The notes under the pieces were generated by a model, which saw only the letters and a list, made by a program, of their open reading frames with translations, ran no database searches and was not told where the DNA came from. A program made the position numbers and the translations under genes. A DNA stretch of 64,000 nt from Octopus bimaculoides (taxonomy: Eukaryota): the NCBI RefSeq assembly GCF_001194135.2, contig NC_068992.1, forward strand, positions 12,666,944 through 12,730,943, given 5' to 3'. Positions 12,409 to 24,940 of this stretch are shown in pieces (the stretch's first letter is position 1; the number at the start of each line of letters is the position of its first letter).

Positions 12409-14308
12409 GCTTTCACACAGTCACACCTTCATATTTCCTTTAATGCTTACAACATCTAGCTTTCCTAAGCGATCAACCATCTAGTTACTAAGCAGGTTCA
12501 ACAATGATTAACAGCGATGATCGGACGGGAGCCGATACTTTCAACGTGATATGACCATAAGCATGTTAGCAGGCATAAAATAAATCACAATAATTTTTAA
12601 TAAACCCACAAGTGCACAGATCGCTGGGGCCCCTCACTCTGACACATAGCTCGTAATTTATTAAAGCGACAAAGGAAGGACGAAAGATGCAATCTAATTA
12701 TAGAATATAAATATCTGTTTGACATGCCATAGAATATTTTGTTCAGTCTTACTAATAAGCTATTTTGATATTCAAATGTATTGCTTTTTTATTTATACAA
12801 GCGATACTTCAAATAATAATTGTATTATTGTAAAGCAATAAGGTAACAAAAATTAGAGTTTTAAGAATTAATTAGAGGGGTTCTTAAGCAAAATTATGAC
12901 TGCTTGTCTATTATGAGATTGAAAGAGTTCAACAGTTTTTCTATTGATTGAAATGAGTAAGCGCATAGATATTCCACACGGATGTACTTTTAATTATCTG
13001 TTAGGTAAATAAGTAGACAATAATTTGCTTGTATATACGCTGTGAAATTAGTTTACGATAGAAAGTTCGTTCTGGGTGCAAAACGTAACTGTTTCCGCCT
13101 TTCTTGGCATTCAGTTGCTTCACCTGTTGTATTCCATTCGAGATAAACAATCTCTGAGATTAAGATAATTGTAATAATTACAAACCTGCAAATTTAAGGT
13201 TATTCAATAATTTTTAGTTAGGCATATTTAATTCGATAGCGTTCATTCAAACACATCAGTAATTAGCATTCTTTACGTGCGCTCATCTCTATAAATAAGT
13301 ACATTATTCTATATTTAAATTTGTAGAATACAAATTTAGTATTCTTTGACATGAAAAGTTAGTCAGCTAAGACCTCATCGGACTTTTGGACAATGACTTA
13401 GACAGCGAAAATTTCAAAGTCACTCCCAATACCATTCCTCTTAATGAATACAGTGTGTGTGAGTGCGTGTGTGTATGTGAATGTGAGTACGTTTGCATGC
13501 GTTTGGGAGTGTGTTTGTGTTTTTGTATGTGTCTGTGTGTCTAACTCATTTTGGCATGTTTCGGGTGATTCCAGAAAAATCTTAATTCTAATTAAGTTTG
13601 TAACGATACATTTAATCAGAAATTATATTTGTGCTAGGTATATATATATCATAAAAATATATAAGATAATATATTTTCCGTGACATTTTCTTTGGTTGCA
13701 GAATATTTTTTTACTACACTATTGGAACACAGCAATAATTCCTTGCAGTAAAATACTAAAAAAAAAAAAAAGAAATGCAGAGTACTGCTTTAAAAATACA
13801 TAAGTTTTGTTTTAGTCAGTTTCAACACAAACCATCAATCATTTGAAATATAAAACTATGTATTGTTGGAAAATGAATGGAAGACATCTGATTTATAACA
13901 CTGCGATGGCTATCTTCTATATATACATACTTAAATGCATACGTACATACATACGTACATAATATGTACACATATACGTCGAGATACACTTACATGCATA
14001 CAGACATATTTACTGGTTTGTATTATATGCGTGTGACTTAGCACACGTTCACATATAGAGACAACGAAAAGAGAAAAAAATGGATAAAGGTATGTATTTT
14101 TAAAAAACATCTGTGTGTATATATTGGCAGAGGGATAGTTGTATATAAACAAAGTATTTAGGCTAGAAATAAGAAAAAAAAAATAATAATAAGCAAATAT
14201 GGCAAGAGCGTATATACGTAAACGAATCCGCATCAGTACATTAATCAACCTCTGCCAGCACATATGCATACTCATATATATACTCATATATATTTATATA
14301 CATACATG

Positions 14309-14350
<42 letters not shown>

Positions 14351-14915
14351 NNNNNNNNNNNNNNNNNNNNNNNNNNNNNNNNNNNNNNNNNNNNNNNNNN
14401 NNNNNNNNNNNNNNNNNNNNNNNNNNNNNNNNNNNNNNNNNNNNNNNNNNNNNNNNNNNNNNNNNNNNNNNNNNNNNNNNNNNNNNNNNNNNNNNNNNNN
14501 NNNNNNNNNNNNNNNNNNNNNNNNNNNNNNNNNNNNNNNNNNNNNNNNNNNNNNNNNNNNNNNNNNNNNNNNNNNNNNNNNNNNNNNNNNNNNNNNNNNN
14601 NNNNNNNNNNNNNNNNNNNNNNNNNNNNNNNNNNNNNNNNNNNNNNNNNNNNNNNNNNNNNNNNNNNNNNNNNNNNNNNNNNNNNNNNNNNNNNNNNNNN
14701 NNNNNNNNNNNNNNNNNNNNNNNNNNNNNNNNNNNNNNNNNNNNNNNNNNNNNNNNNNNNNNNNNNNNNNNNNNNNNNNNNNNNNNNNNNNNNNNNNNNN
14801 NNNNNNNNNNNNNNNNNNNNNNNNNNNNNNNNNNNNNNNNNNNNNNNNNNNNNNNNNNNNNNNNNNNNNNNNNNNNNNNNNNNNNNNNNNNNNNNNNNNN
14901 NNNNNNNNNNNNNNN

Positions 14916-14968
<53 letters not shown>

Positions 14969-15058
14969 GCAGCAACAAAACCAACAACAACAACAACAAC
15001 AACAACACCACCAACAACAACAACAACAACAACAATAACAACATCAACTATAATAATA
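14916..15058. repeat. (TAA)n then (CAA)n microsatellite
   Basis: Directly visible. Confidence 0.95.
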
Positions 15059-16374
15059 GTCAGTGGAGGAAGAGAAACAATATCTCTAAAAAAATTATGA
15101 GATATCGAATTCAATGAGATTTTAATATTATCTTCGAAAAATATCGTATAAATTAAATACAATATGGCAGAAAGAAATTGTTGTAACTAAAGCACAGAAA
15201 TAACTACAAAAAAAAAAGAAGTTAACAAACTGTATTTATTCTGTCATGCGTGAATTAGGACAGGTGAACTGGAACGTATGCAAAGCATGGCAATATGACT
15301 CCTTCTTTACTGCTGCGTCAAGATGCTAATGTTTCTCAAGAGGTTGGCGTTATGTATTTTTGTTTTCAAATTTTCATTTCGCTGTTTTGTTTACAATATT
15401 TGATACGCATGGTATTGTTGATAATATTGTTGCTTTCAGTTCCAGCTGTTTTTCTTGTTATTAGTGTTTGGTTCTGCTTCCTGTTATCGTTGTTGATGTT
15501 TATTCTTCAAAGTAACATAACATAAATAATAATAACATAAACTATCTTTGTAATATAATCTTTTTTTAAAGAGTTGTTGGCATATTATTGTATAAATAAA
15601 ATACACAATTTGAATAAGTATCTAAAACGTTACCACAAAGCGCGTACGCCCACACACTTGCATATACACATACACACACTCACAAAAGTGTTATAGATTC
15701 ATGCACGCATATACATACATATGTAGACATATATATTAATACACTGTACATCCATGTATATATATTTATATCAGCTCAATTGTCCTATAGAATGCACTTG
15801 CGTTTCTCAACCGGCCAGCAGTTAAATAATCATGCGTTAAAAATTTAAATTAACACATTTGCTCGCAGAGAGAATTCCTGAATAGGATTGGCATTAATAC
15901 GGCAATATCACTAGTCTTCCCATGAAAATATTTATATTTAATGCATATAAATAGTTATATATTTATATGTTTAGCACTGTTGGGTGCAATAAATTGATTG
16001 GCTACGATTTAGAGCATGGCATTCAGAAAAAACGATTACACTTTGAATGAAAGTGCTACGCTGTATATCTAAACGTGGCTGTCCGATTTTCGAAAGCTCT
16101 TAGTAAGAGTAAATTTATTTTCAAATTTAAGCGCGATACAATCCCCAATAATCTTGGAATTATAGTGTTTAATCGCATTTCACTAATTTGCTTTACTTGT
16201 CTAGAAATCAACATGGGCATCGGTTTATTCCAAACTGCTGGTAAACTCTAATGATACGATGTATAGTACACTTTGAACAGCAAGCATTAATGATATCTTA
16301 CAACCGATATTTCTCAATCTCTCTCTCTTTCTTTCACTCTTTCTCCCTCTGCCTATCATCTCTCTCTCTCAAAA

Positions 16375-16402
16375 TCTATCTATCTATCTATCTATCTGTC
16401 TG

Positions 16403-16441
<39 letters not shown>

Positions 16442-16442
16442 G

Positions 16443-16497
<55 letters not shown>
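16375..16497. repeat. (TCTA)n tetranucleotide microsatellite
   Basis: Directly visible; similar arrays near 42990-43078 and 54520-54582. Confidence 0.95.
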
Positions 16498-16991
16498 CTC
16501 TGTGACATAGTATGGAACGAGGGACTTTTCTTATTTTATGTTATATTCAGAGTACACATATGTGTGTGTGTGTGTGTGTCTGTTTGTGTGTGTGAGTGCG
16601 CGCGCAATCGTGTGTGTGTTCGCGCGTTCGTGGTTATGCGTGCGTGTGTATGTGTACGTGTGTGTGTATATACTCAAATCTCGTTCAACGAATCAGAGTT
16701 CGGAATATCCTCTGTCCAATGTTCCCCTGTAGGTCTCACGTGGGAATACAAACATACAAAGGATGTGTCGATCCAGTTGCAATTGTTCCAGGGGTGGTTA
16801 TAATCATCTGAAATTTTATTGAACCAATCTTTTTCGGTGGCGTGGGGTGAGGGTTATTTTTTAGAGACCGATGAATATATTGCATATACCAAATTTTATA
16901 TCAAATTAAACTTAGATATTTATTCGAAACAAAAGGAAATTTACTCAAAAACAAAATTGCCATAGAGGGGACAAAGAAAGATAATCAAAGG

Positions 16992-17351
16992 GATGGAGTC
17001 GATTAGAACCACCACAGTGCGTAACTGGTACTTATTTAATCGATCCTGAAAGGACGGACGAAAGGCAAAGTGGATCTCAGCGAAATTTGAATAATAATAC
17101 GTAACGTCTGACGAAATACCTATTTCGTTATTGCCCACAAGGGGCTAAACATAGAGGGAACAAACAAGAACAGACGAACGGATTAAGTCGATTACATCGA
17201 CCCCAGTGCGTAACTGGTACTTAATTTATCGACCCCGAAAGGATGAAAGGCAAAGTCGACCTCGGCGGCATTTGAGCTCAGAACGTAACGGCAGACGAAA
17301 TACCGCTAAGCATTTCGCCCGGCGGGCTCACGATTCTGGTAGGTCGCCGCC
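16992..17351 (-). mobile_element. tRNA-derived SINE, family C, with internally duplicated (dimeric) body
   Basis: tRNA-like head at the right end (reverse complement ggcggcgacctaccagaatcgtgagccc). A ~120-bp unit (gtcgatt...cagtgcgtaactggtactt...gaaaggcaaagt...gacgaaatacc) occurs twice, at ~16997-17120 and ~17188-17305. Confidence 0.85.
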
Positions 17352-18020
17352 ATGATACAGATTAAAATATTAAAAATACTGAAGAGTATCCGCTGCTTAA
17401 AATATGTAGTAGCAACTGCTTCGGTGGTTAACCTAATTTAAATCAGTTTCCGATCATTATATATTATTAACGATGATATTTAACACTGACAGATTCTCTT
17501 TTCTATACACTACAATAAATCATACTTTTGCATCACTTGTGAAGACACAGACCGAGCCACACTGATGATTTTAATAGAGTGTTATAACAGGTTTCACGCA
17601 TTTTCTCTATTTCAACGTAGAGATTATATGGTTCCCTCTTAACTAATATGCTTGGTGTATTATGTCTCTACTCTCGGCGAGTCCAATTACCGCCCACGGC
17701 GTGCGATAGCGAAAGCTCATTTGAGTGTTTCTTACGTTCTTCAGTATGTGTTGTTTGTCGATCATTTAACAACATTGCTCTGTACATCCAGAATAAATCT
17801 TTCCTTTTCTTTCACGGTATCGAATTAATCTTGCTTTAGTGAATAAATAGTTCTCACATACTTTGGTTGCATACATCAAAAAACTCTTTTTCTTTAAAAA
17901 ATAACTTTTGCCATTGCTATTATTCATGTGGAGTGTCCTCCAAAAATCATGTGAAATATATAATTCATAAATATGTTAGTTGTTGAACCCGAATATGCTA
18001 ATCCTGAATACCTCTTACAC

Positions 18021-18272
18021 TTCCGTGAGCAGTGAGACATAAATCTTGCTGCAACTCTTTTGATTCGCAATTCTTCGCTCTAAATTCTTTTGGCGGAGCT
18101 CCAGGACACATCAGGCATATCAACAAGTTTGTCAGTTGTTCGGCAACGCTCCTCCAAAGTCAGCGTCCTTGTAAGCTATATGAACCATTGGCACTTGTTT
18201 CAGTTGGCATTTCCTCAGCAGAAAACAGAATTTCACGGAAGCACATTATTCCGTCGCAAAAATCGGCAAACA
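18021..18272 (-). pseudogene. Tc1/mariner transposase relic (N-terminal DNA-binding region), frameshifted and internally deleted
   Basis: Minus-strand translation gives ASVKFCFLLRK...HIAYKDA, then RCRTTDKLVDMPDVSWSSAKRI*SEELRIKRVAARFMSH. These match the recalled mariner pattern EQRACVKFCFLLGK...AYKDA and RRRTIDEL...GVSWSSCQRILSEEL.MKRVAAKFVPH. Confidence 0.8.
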
Positions 18273-21106
18273 GGGGAGAAGCCCTGCAAAACAAAGACGC
18301 ACTACGAGGGCGCTACAGCGGGCAGGTGTCTGAGGGTCACATCACGTGACGTCTTGTGGCGGAAGCCTGAACCACAACGGGCTTGCCCCACAGAGAACGT
18401 CTCCGGTTACTTTTGGCCACCTCTATGCAATTTCCAAAACCTAACACTACTGACTCCGTAAGAAGTCATTCAAACAATTTGATCCAGGAAATTGACAAGT
18501 GAGCGCAGATAAAATTCGTATTCATAGTAAAAAGAAGTGTTATTCAAGAAAACTGATCGATCTCAGTTTTCTGATTTTCTCAGACATCTCCGTTTATTTT
18601 GAATTAATGCATATGAATAAATATACTTAAACACAGACAGTGATACTGTTCCCTACATGTTTATGCCTTTCTGTAGAGATACATATGCATACACGCATGC
18701 CATCACACAAACGCACATGCACAGTTATGTGCACGTATTGTTTGGACTGCGCATGTTTAACTTTCTACTGATGCTGGGAAAAGGAAAATATTTTTAAGAC
18801 TTAAGCTTGATTTTCTTCTGTTTATTATATCATAGGACGAATGCTTCATTGAAGACTTTTACATTTAGTGCACTGAATTTGATGTCAAAATAAGTTTGTC
18901 AAGAATTGACTTGGAAAATTACTGTTTAGTTACAAAGCTACATTATTTAGAATAAAGAAAAATTAAACATTCTCTTGCTAAGATATCCTGGTTATTTTTC
19001 TATTTCTACGCTCTGGCATTTCACCTTTGTTTCAATCTTTATAACCTCCAATTTTGCAATTACTTTATTTCATGTGTTTTGCTTGTCCTTTTACTTCAAT
19101 TCAGTTCTTTTTATCCGTCTTTTTTTTTCTTCAAATTCCTTCGTTTGTTTCTTGTAGCGTCTCGTTCTCTTACACATTTTTGGTATTTATTCACCGAATT
19201 CTCTACTTCACTCCTACTATGCTTCCGTTATAAACTAGATTTTTTTCTACATTTTCTTTCATAAAACCAATTGCTACGGCTTCGTTTATTTCCTTTTCTT
19301 TAGTTTTCTAATACTATTCTTTATTAAACTTTATGTGACAGAATGTAGCTTCATTTTAAGGCAATTTTAAATGGAAAAAGGTACAAACGAAACTTCTTAT
19401 AGGCTTAAATGAATTTCTGAATGACATTCGAAGAAAATCAATGCAACAGTACATAATAATAAGAAACCATACAGATTCACATCGCACTGCTCACGATCCG
19501 ATGAGGAAAATTGGACTTTATTTCAAAATTTGACGAGAATTTTAAATTTTATTTCTTTACTTTGTTGTAACAGCTTGAGTTATAATAAAACTAGCATCCT
19601 AAATTATTTCCAATGTTAACTCATTAATGTAGAGCCATTATAAGGGCGTATTCTCAGATTTCAATGCAAAACTACAAAACGTATACTATTCACGCACTCT
19701 TATAAGTCTAACATCAACATTTATTATACATTTTAATCGGATATGTTATATTGCATCTTCAAATTATGGCTCGTTGTAATGTGTCGTCGTTAATTTTTTG
19801 CAAATATTTTCCACTTATGACATGTCTTAGGACTAAAGATACTATAGCATCTAAACACTGATCCAAATATTACATATTGACTCCAAGAAAGTTATTACCG
19901 CATTTTATTGGCCAGTTACCGGTAATATTGAAAATGGCAAGATTGCATCCATTCACTTTTAACGTTTCTATAAAATTTAGATATTATATGTACAAAAGTC
20001 AATAGGACTGACAACATTTATAATGTGGTTCCTAACATAATTGTCAGATGCATATGATAATATATCTGAAAATTCTCATATTGTCTAATATTGGCCTATT
20101 ATAAAGTATCGTATAATGACATCAATAAATTATTAATTCCGGATTAACCGAATAATTTATCATTCTAAAAGCGCTTAATGGTACTTCAACGCTGATACTA
20201 GGCGAATAAGATGATGATCACAGCTCTGAGCTGTTATAGGTTTGAATAGCAATTCTGGACTGATATCATATTATGCAAGGCTATACCTAAAGAAATATGA
20301 TTAAATGGTCCCAATGCCAAATTCTCTCGTATATAGTACTATTGTCAGGATCATCCATATGAACATTGTCTGCAGTTTATATTACTGTCTATAATGAATC
20401 GTTGTTGAGTATTGCCCGATAAAATTAACTTATAATGACTTAACATTGTAATATAAAGAGGTCTAATTGATAATACCTTTATATGATAGCTAATTACTCA
20501 TATTTACGGCAATGCCCATTTGTAAATAAGCGACTTATGCCATGTTTGAACATAAAGAAAGCATGTATTAAACACTAAAATGTAAAAGTAAAACGTGATT
20601 TAGAATAGAATAATATTAGTTGCTGCATTCGGCTAATTTGCCCATAGACTATATTTATAATTAAAGGAACATAATATAATATATTAATGGAAAAATTATG
20701 ACAATGGAAATTTTGATTTAGACAAATAGAATGTGATTGGATATGTTGAATACATGCAAGGTCAATCCCCAATAAGTTCTACTTGTAGAACTTTGGGAAA
20801 TATTGTGCAAGTCATTAACCGTGTGATATACAGCGCTACAACATAAGCATATGTTATGCCATCTACTTTCTCGCATACTTCTGCACGTGCATTATTTTCA
20901 ATAATTGCGAAATAATTTCAGTTATGAACTTTAGATTGTATTGGATTCTTGTTTTTATTATGCAAATTATGCTGTTGAATAAACGATACCCACAATTGTA
21001 CCATGTATTAAAGTCATATGTCCGATGAGGCAAGGGGTGGAAAAGTCTATCATAACAATGTCAAATAAGGCACGTCAGCAAGTCTCTTGACTGCAGAAAA
21101 ACAAAC

Positions 21107-21316
21107 TACAGTAAACACCCGCCATATCGCGGGACACCTATCGCGCACTCACTACATCGCGGATGTTTCTGGTTAATATACGTAAATTTATATCGCAGGC
21201 CCTTCAATATATCGCGGCTTTATGCAACCGAGTAGTATTAATACTTTTTTAGATTTTAATTATTATTGTGTGAGGTTTTGGAACGTAACAACCGCGATAG
21301 CCGAGGGGGTAGTGTA
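21107..21316. mobile_element. Tigger/pogo-like MITE
   Basis: Left end tacagtaaacacccgccatatcgcgg versus reverse-complemented right end tacactaccccctcggctatcgcgg. TA at both ends and CAGT-type TIR start are typical of the pogo/Tigger group. Confidence 0.7.
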
Positions 21317-21641
21317 TTGGTCTTTATCTTGGATGCAAGTCAAATTTCAGCTGCTAAATACATCGAAATATTTCCCCTTCACCTTTGCTACCAATCTCCC
21401 GTAGTTGCTTGTGAGTATACGTATCTAAGTGAAGATAATTTAGATAAATGAAAAATATAACATGTAGCGCATTTAGCATAAGATTTTCAGTCCTTATCCT
21501 CATTCAAACATCACAATAAGTATACATACACATACACACACCCAAACACACACATAAAAACACACTCACACACACATACACAGACACACACACACACATA
21601 CATATATACATACATAATAGCATGTACGCATATATATAAAT

Positions 21642-21676
<35 letters not shown>

Positions 21677-22344
21677 CACACACACACACACACACACACA
21701 CATATGTATATATATATATNNNNNNNNNNNNNNNNNNNNNNNNNNNNNNNNNNNNNNNNNNNNNNNNNNNNNNNNNNNNNNNNNNNNNNNNNNNNNNNNN
21801 NNNNNNNNNNNNNNNNNNNNNNNNNNNNNNNNNNNNNNNNNNNNNNNNNNNNNNNNATATAGTCAGTTATTTCGTTAGGGTATTCGTGAGAAGGAGAGCA
21901 ATTGGAAGAAAGGCAATATGTTACGAACATATCGAAAAGTAAATTCATATAATACTGCAAAGCATATTCCAGAGTTCGTTCCTCTTAAACCATGTACGTT
22001 TTATTCATTTTACGGTGACTATACATTTATTTCAAATGATTCAATAAGTCCCCTATTAAAGTCTATTCAAATTGTATGAATGTATATTTAATATGTACAT
22101 TTATCATCGGCGATTAATTTCATGTTCATATGTATGCCCACTCAGGTGAAGATACATATATAAACATATACAAAGGCGTATATCACCCCCNNNNNNNNNN
22201 CCCCCCCCCCCCACATACCTACATATATATAATGGCGACCAGGTTCATATCCACATAGATATCAACCCAAATTAATGGGACTGTTATCGTAATAATTTAT
22301 GATATTAAACGAAATATTAAAGAAAGAACTCTCGTTGTCAAGTG

Positions 22345-22500
22345 GACGGTCTTCTTTCAGTTTCCATTTAGGAAATCCACTTAGAAAGCTTTAGTTGGCC
22401 CGGAGCTGTAGATAAAGACACTTACACAAGGTGTGAGGCAGTGACAGTGAAACCGGACCCATGTGGTTGGGAGGAGAACTTCTTACCACACAATCACGCC
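22345..22500 (-). mobile_element. SINE family A, 5' half only
   Basis: Reverse complement of 197-350 (catgtggttgggaggagaacttcttaccacaca; ctttcagtttcc...aaatccact). Confidence 0.8.
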
Positions 22501-22634
22501 CCAGCCATGAGATTCTTTTCATTCGATCCCAGCGCTGGGCACATTATTTGAGTATCCTTTCCTTAAGGCAAAATTCGACTTTGCAGTCTAATATATGCAA
22601 TCTAGAGGGAAATTATTGTGATATTGTTGCTGTT

Positions 22635-23016
22635 GGCTGGCACTCCGTTGCTTACGACAATGAAGGTTCCAGTCGATCCGATCAACGGAACAACCTGCTC
22701 TTGAAATTAACGTGCAAGTGGCTGAATACTCCACAGACACGTGTACCCTTAACGTAGTTCTCGGGAATATTCAGCGTGACACAATGTGACAAGGCTGACC
22801 CTTTGAATTACAGGCACAACAGAAACAGGAGGTAAGAGTGAGAGAAGGTTGTGGTGGAAGAGTACAGCAGGGTTCGCCACCATCCGTTGCCAGAGTCTCG
22901 TGGTGCTTTAGCTGTTTTCGCTCAATAATCACTCACAACGACCGGTCTGGGAATCGAAACCACGATCCTTTGTCCGCGGGTCCGCTGCCCTAACCACTGG
23001 GCCATTGCGCCTCCAC
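22635..23016 (-). mobile_element. tRNA-derived SINE, family D, near full length
   Basis: Head (reverse complement gtggaggcgcaatggcccagtggttagggcagcgg...ggtttcgattccc) matches 38345-38511(+). Its 3' part matches 24566-24700. Confidence 0.85.
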
Positions 23017-23349
23017 TTTTGTGATATAATGAACCGGTAATTTGAAAAGGTCCAACGTTGTCATAATCGATGGTTTATTAATAGTTTCCTTCTTATGTTT
23101 ACCGGCTAACAAATGAGTATGTACCGTTGTTCATTGAAAAATTAAATGGTTGTAACTGAAACACGCGGGGATCTATTCTATTTCCTATTATATTACATGA
23201 GTCTGTGGAATGTATATTTAATTCATGAGTTGGTAATTATTAGTACAACTGAATGCTTAAATGCTAATCACGTAACCGAAGACTTAGTTTGGTAGAAAGT
23301 GAGCGACTCGAGTAAGAGCTTGAACTATGTTTGTGAACGTATCTATTTC

Positions 23350-23572
23350 TACGATTGGGTGCTTAAAAGCTCTGGCCTTAAGGGTATCGCAAAAAGGACT
23401 GGATGAAGTTCCGACACTCGAGGTCTTTTACGAGGCTTGGAAACATGAAGGACCGCTGTAAAAAGAGTTCGAATCTAAGAGATGAATATATGAAATAAAA
23501 TGATAATTAACTTATCCTCCATTATATTTTTTTAACCAGAGCCAGGAACTTTTCAACATCTCCTCGGTCATA
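23350..23572 (+). mobile_element. Internally deleted mariner derivative (MITE) retaining the transposase C-terminus
   Basis: Degenerate TIRs tacgattgggtgcttaaaagctctggcc and agccaggaacttttcaacatctcctcggtcata. The interior translates DRCKKSSNLRDEYMK*, resembling the mariner terminus RW.KCI.L.GEYVE*. Confidence 0.65.
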
Positions 23573-24565
23573 CTTACGCAACTTTTTCATCCTGTTGTCT
23601 TCCAGTCTCTTTGGATCAGCTTCGATTTCGATGACACTGTAGTAAAAGCACAAGGAATGAAGTGTATTTGAAATTATTATGGCTATGTAAGCATGTTATA
23701 ATGCAAATACTTTTATTAATACGGCATATGTGTACACATATCTGCATACATATATATATGACACTGTGTCTACGTGTATNNNNNNNNNNNNNNNNNNNNN
23801 NNNNNNNNNNNNNNNNNNNNNNNNNNNNNNNNNNNNNNNNNNNNNNNNNNNNNNNNNNNNNNNNNNNNNNNNNNNNNNNNNNNNNNNNNNNNNNNNNNNN
23901 NNNNNNNNNNNNNNNNNNNNNNNNNNNNNNNNNNNNNNNNNNNNNNNNNNNNNNNNNNNNNNNNNNNACGTTAAATTTCGTATCTCTTAGTTTCACAATT
24001 CACACAGGGACTTTTTTAATAAGCGAATCCGCTAATGAAATTATTACAACTTAACATTAATATCAACATTATAAGTTGTTCGTAAGCAGACAATTTAAAT
24101 TTAATAAAATTAAAAAATGAGAAACCTTGCAGAATTTGAATGGCGAAAGGATTTGGTGAAATTTCGCAAAAGCATTTTTAAGATTAGGCAAAGACAAATT
24201 AAAATATATCATTAATATAATGCACATGTTTTTGTTAATTATTAATCTGTGCTTGTTTTCGAAAATTAATTGGAACCATTATTAAGTGATAATCTTGAAG
24301 TTATTAAACATCTTTATGCAGCTGCTTCATAATGAATAATCATTTCAGTTTATGAAATTTTAGTAATTCTTTGAAATCTATGCATGTGTATTGTACTCAA
24401 ATACTCAAATACGCGGACACACGCACACGCAGATGCACACACTCACACACGCCCAAATTAAATGTGCGCAGATACGTATAGACAAATCCAATTAAAGATG
24501 AATGTTATATATATGTACACACACACTCACACACATACATATATACATGTACATATTATGTGTCA

Positions 24566-24700
24566 TGGCACACCGCTGGTTACGATGATGAGGGTTCCAG
24601 TTGATCCGTTCAATGCAGCAGTGTGCTCATAAAAGTAGCGTGCAAGCGGATGTGCACTCCACAGACACGTGCACTACTAACGTAGTTCTCGTGGAGATTC
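24566..24700 (-). mobile_element. SINE family D, 3' fragment
   Basis: Aligns to 22635-22775 (gagggttccagttgatccg...ctccacagacacgtg...aacgtagttctcg). Confidence 0.8.
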
Positions 24701-24709
24701 GTGGAGATA

Positions 24710-24940
24710 CTGTCCTATATATGTGTATATTTTTCTGTGTCTGCGTTTGTACCCCCATACCTGCTAGACAACCGATGTTGCTGTGTTTACATTCACATAA
24801 CCCAGCGGTTCGGTAACAGACAATGATGGAATAAATACTAGGCTTACAAAGAAGAAATCCTGTGGTCGATATGTTCGACCAATGGCGGGGTTCCAGCATG
24901 GCTGGAGTCACGTTACTGAGAGAAGTAAAACAATAAAAAA
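24710..24940 (+). mobile_element. SINE family A, 3' half with tail
   Basis: gacaaccgatgttgctgtgtttac...ggttcgg...tactaggcttacaaag...ccagcatggc aligns to 440-565 and to the tails at 10668 and 12019. Confidence 0.8.
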
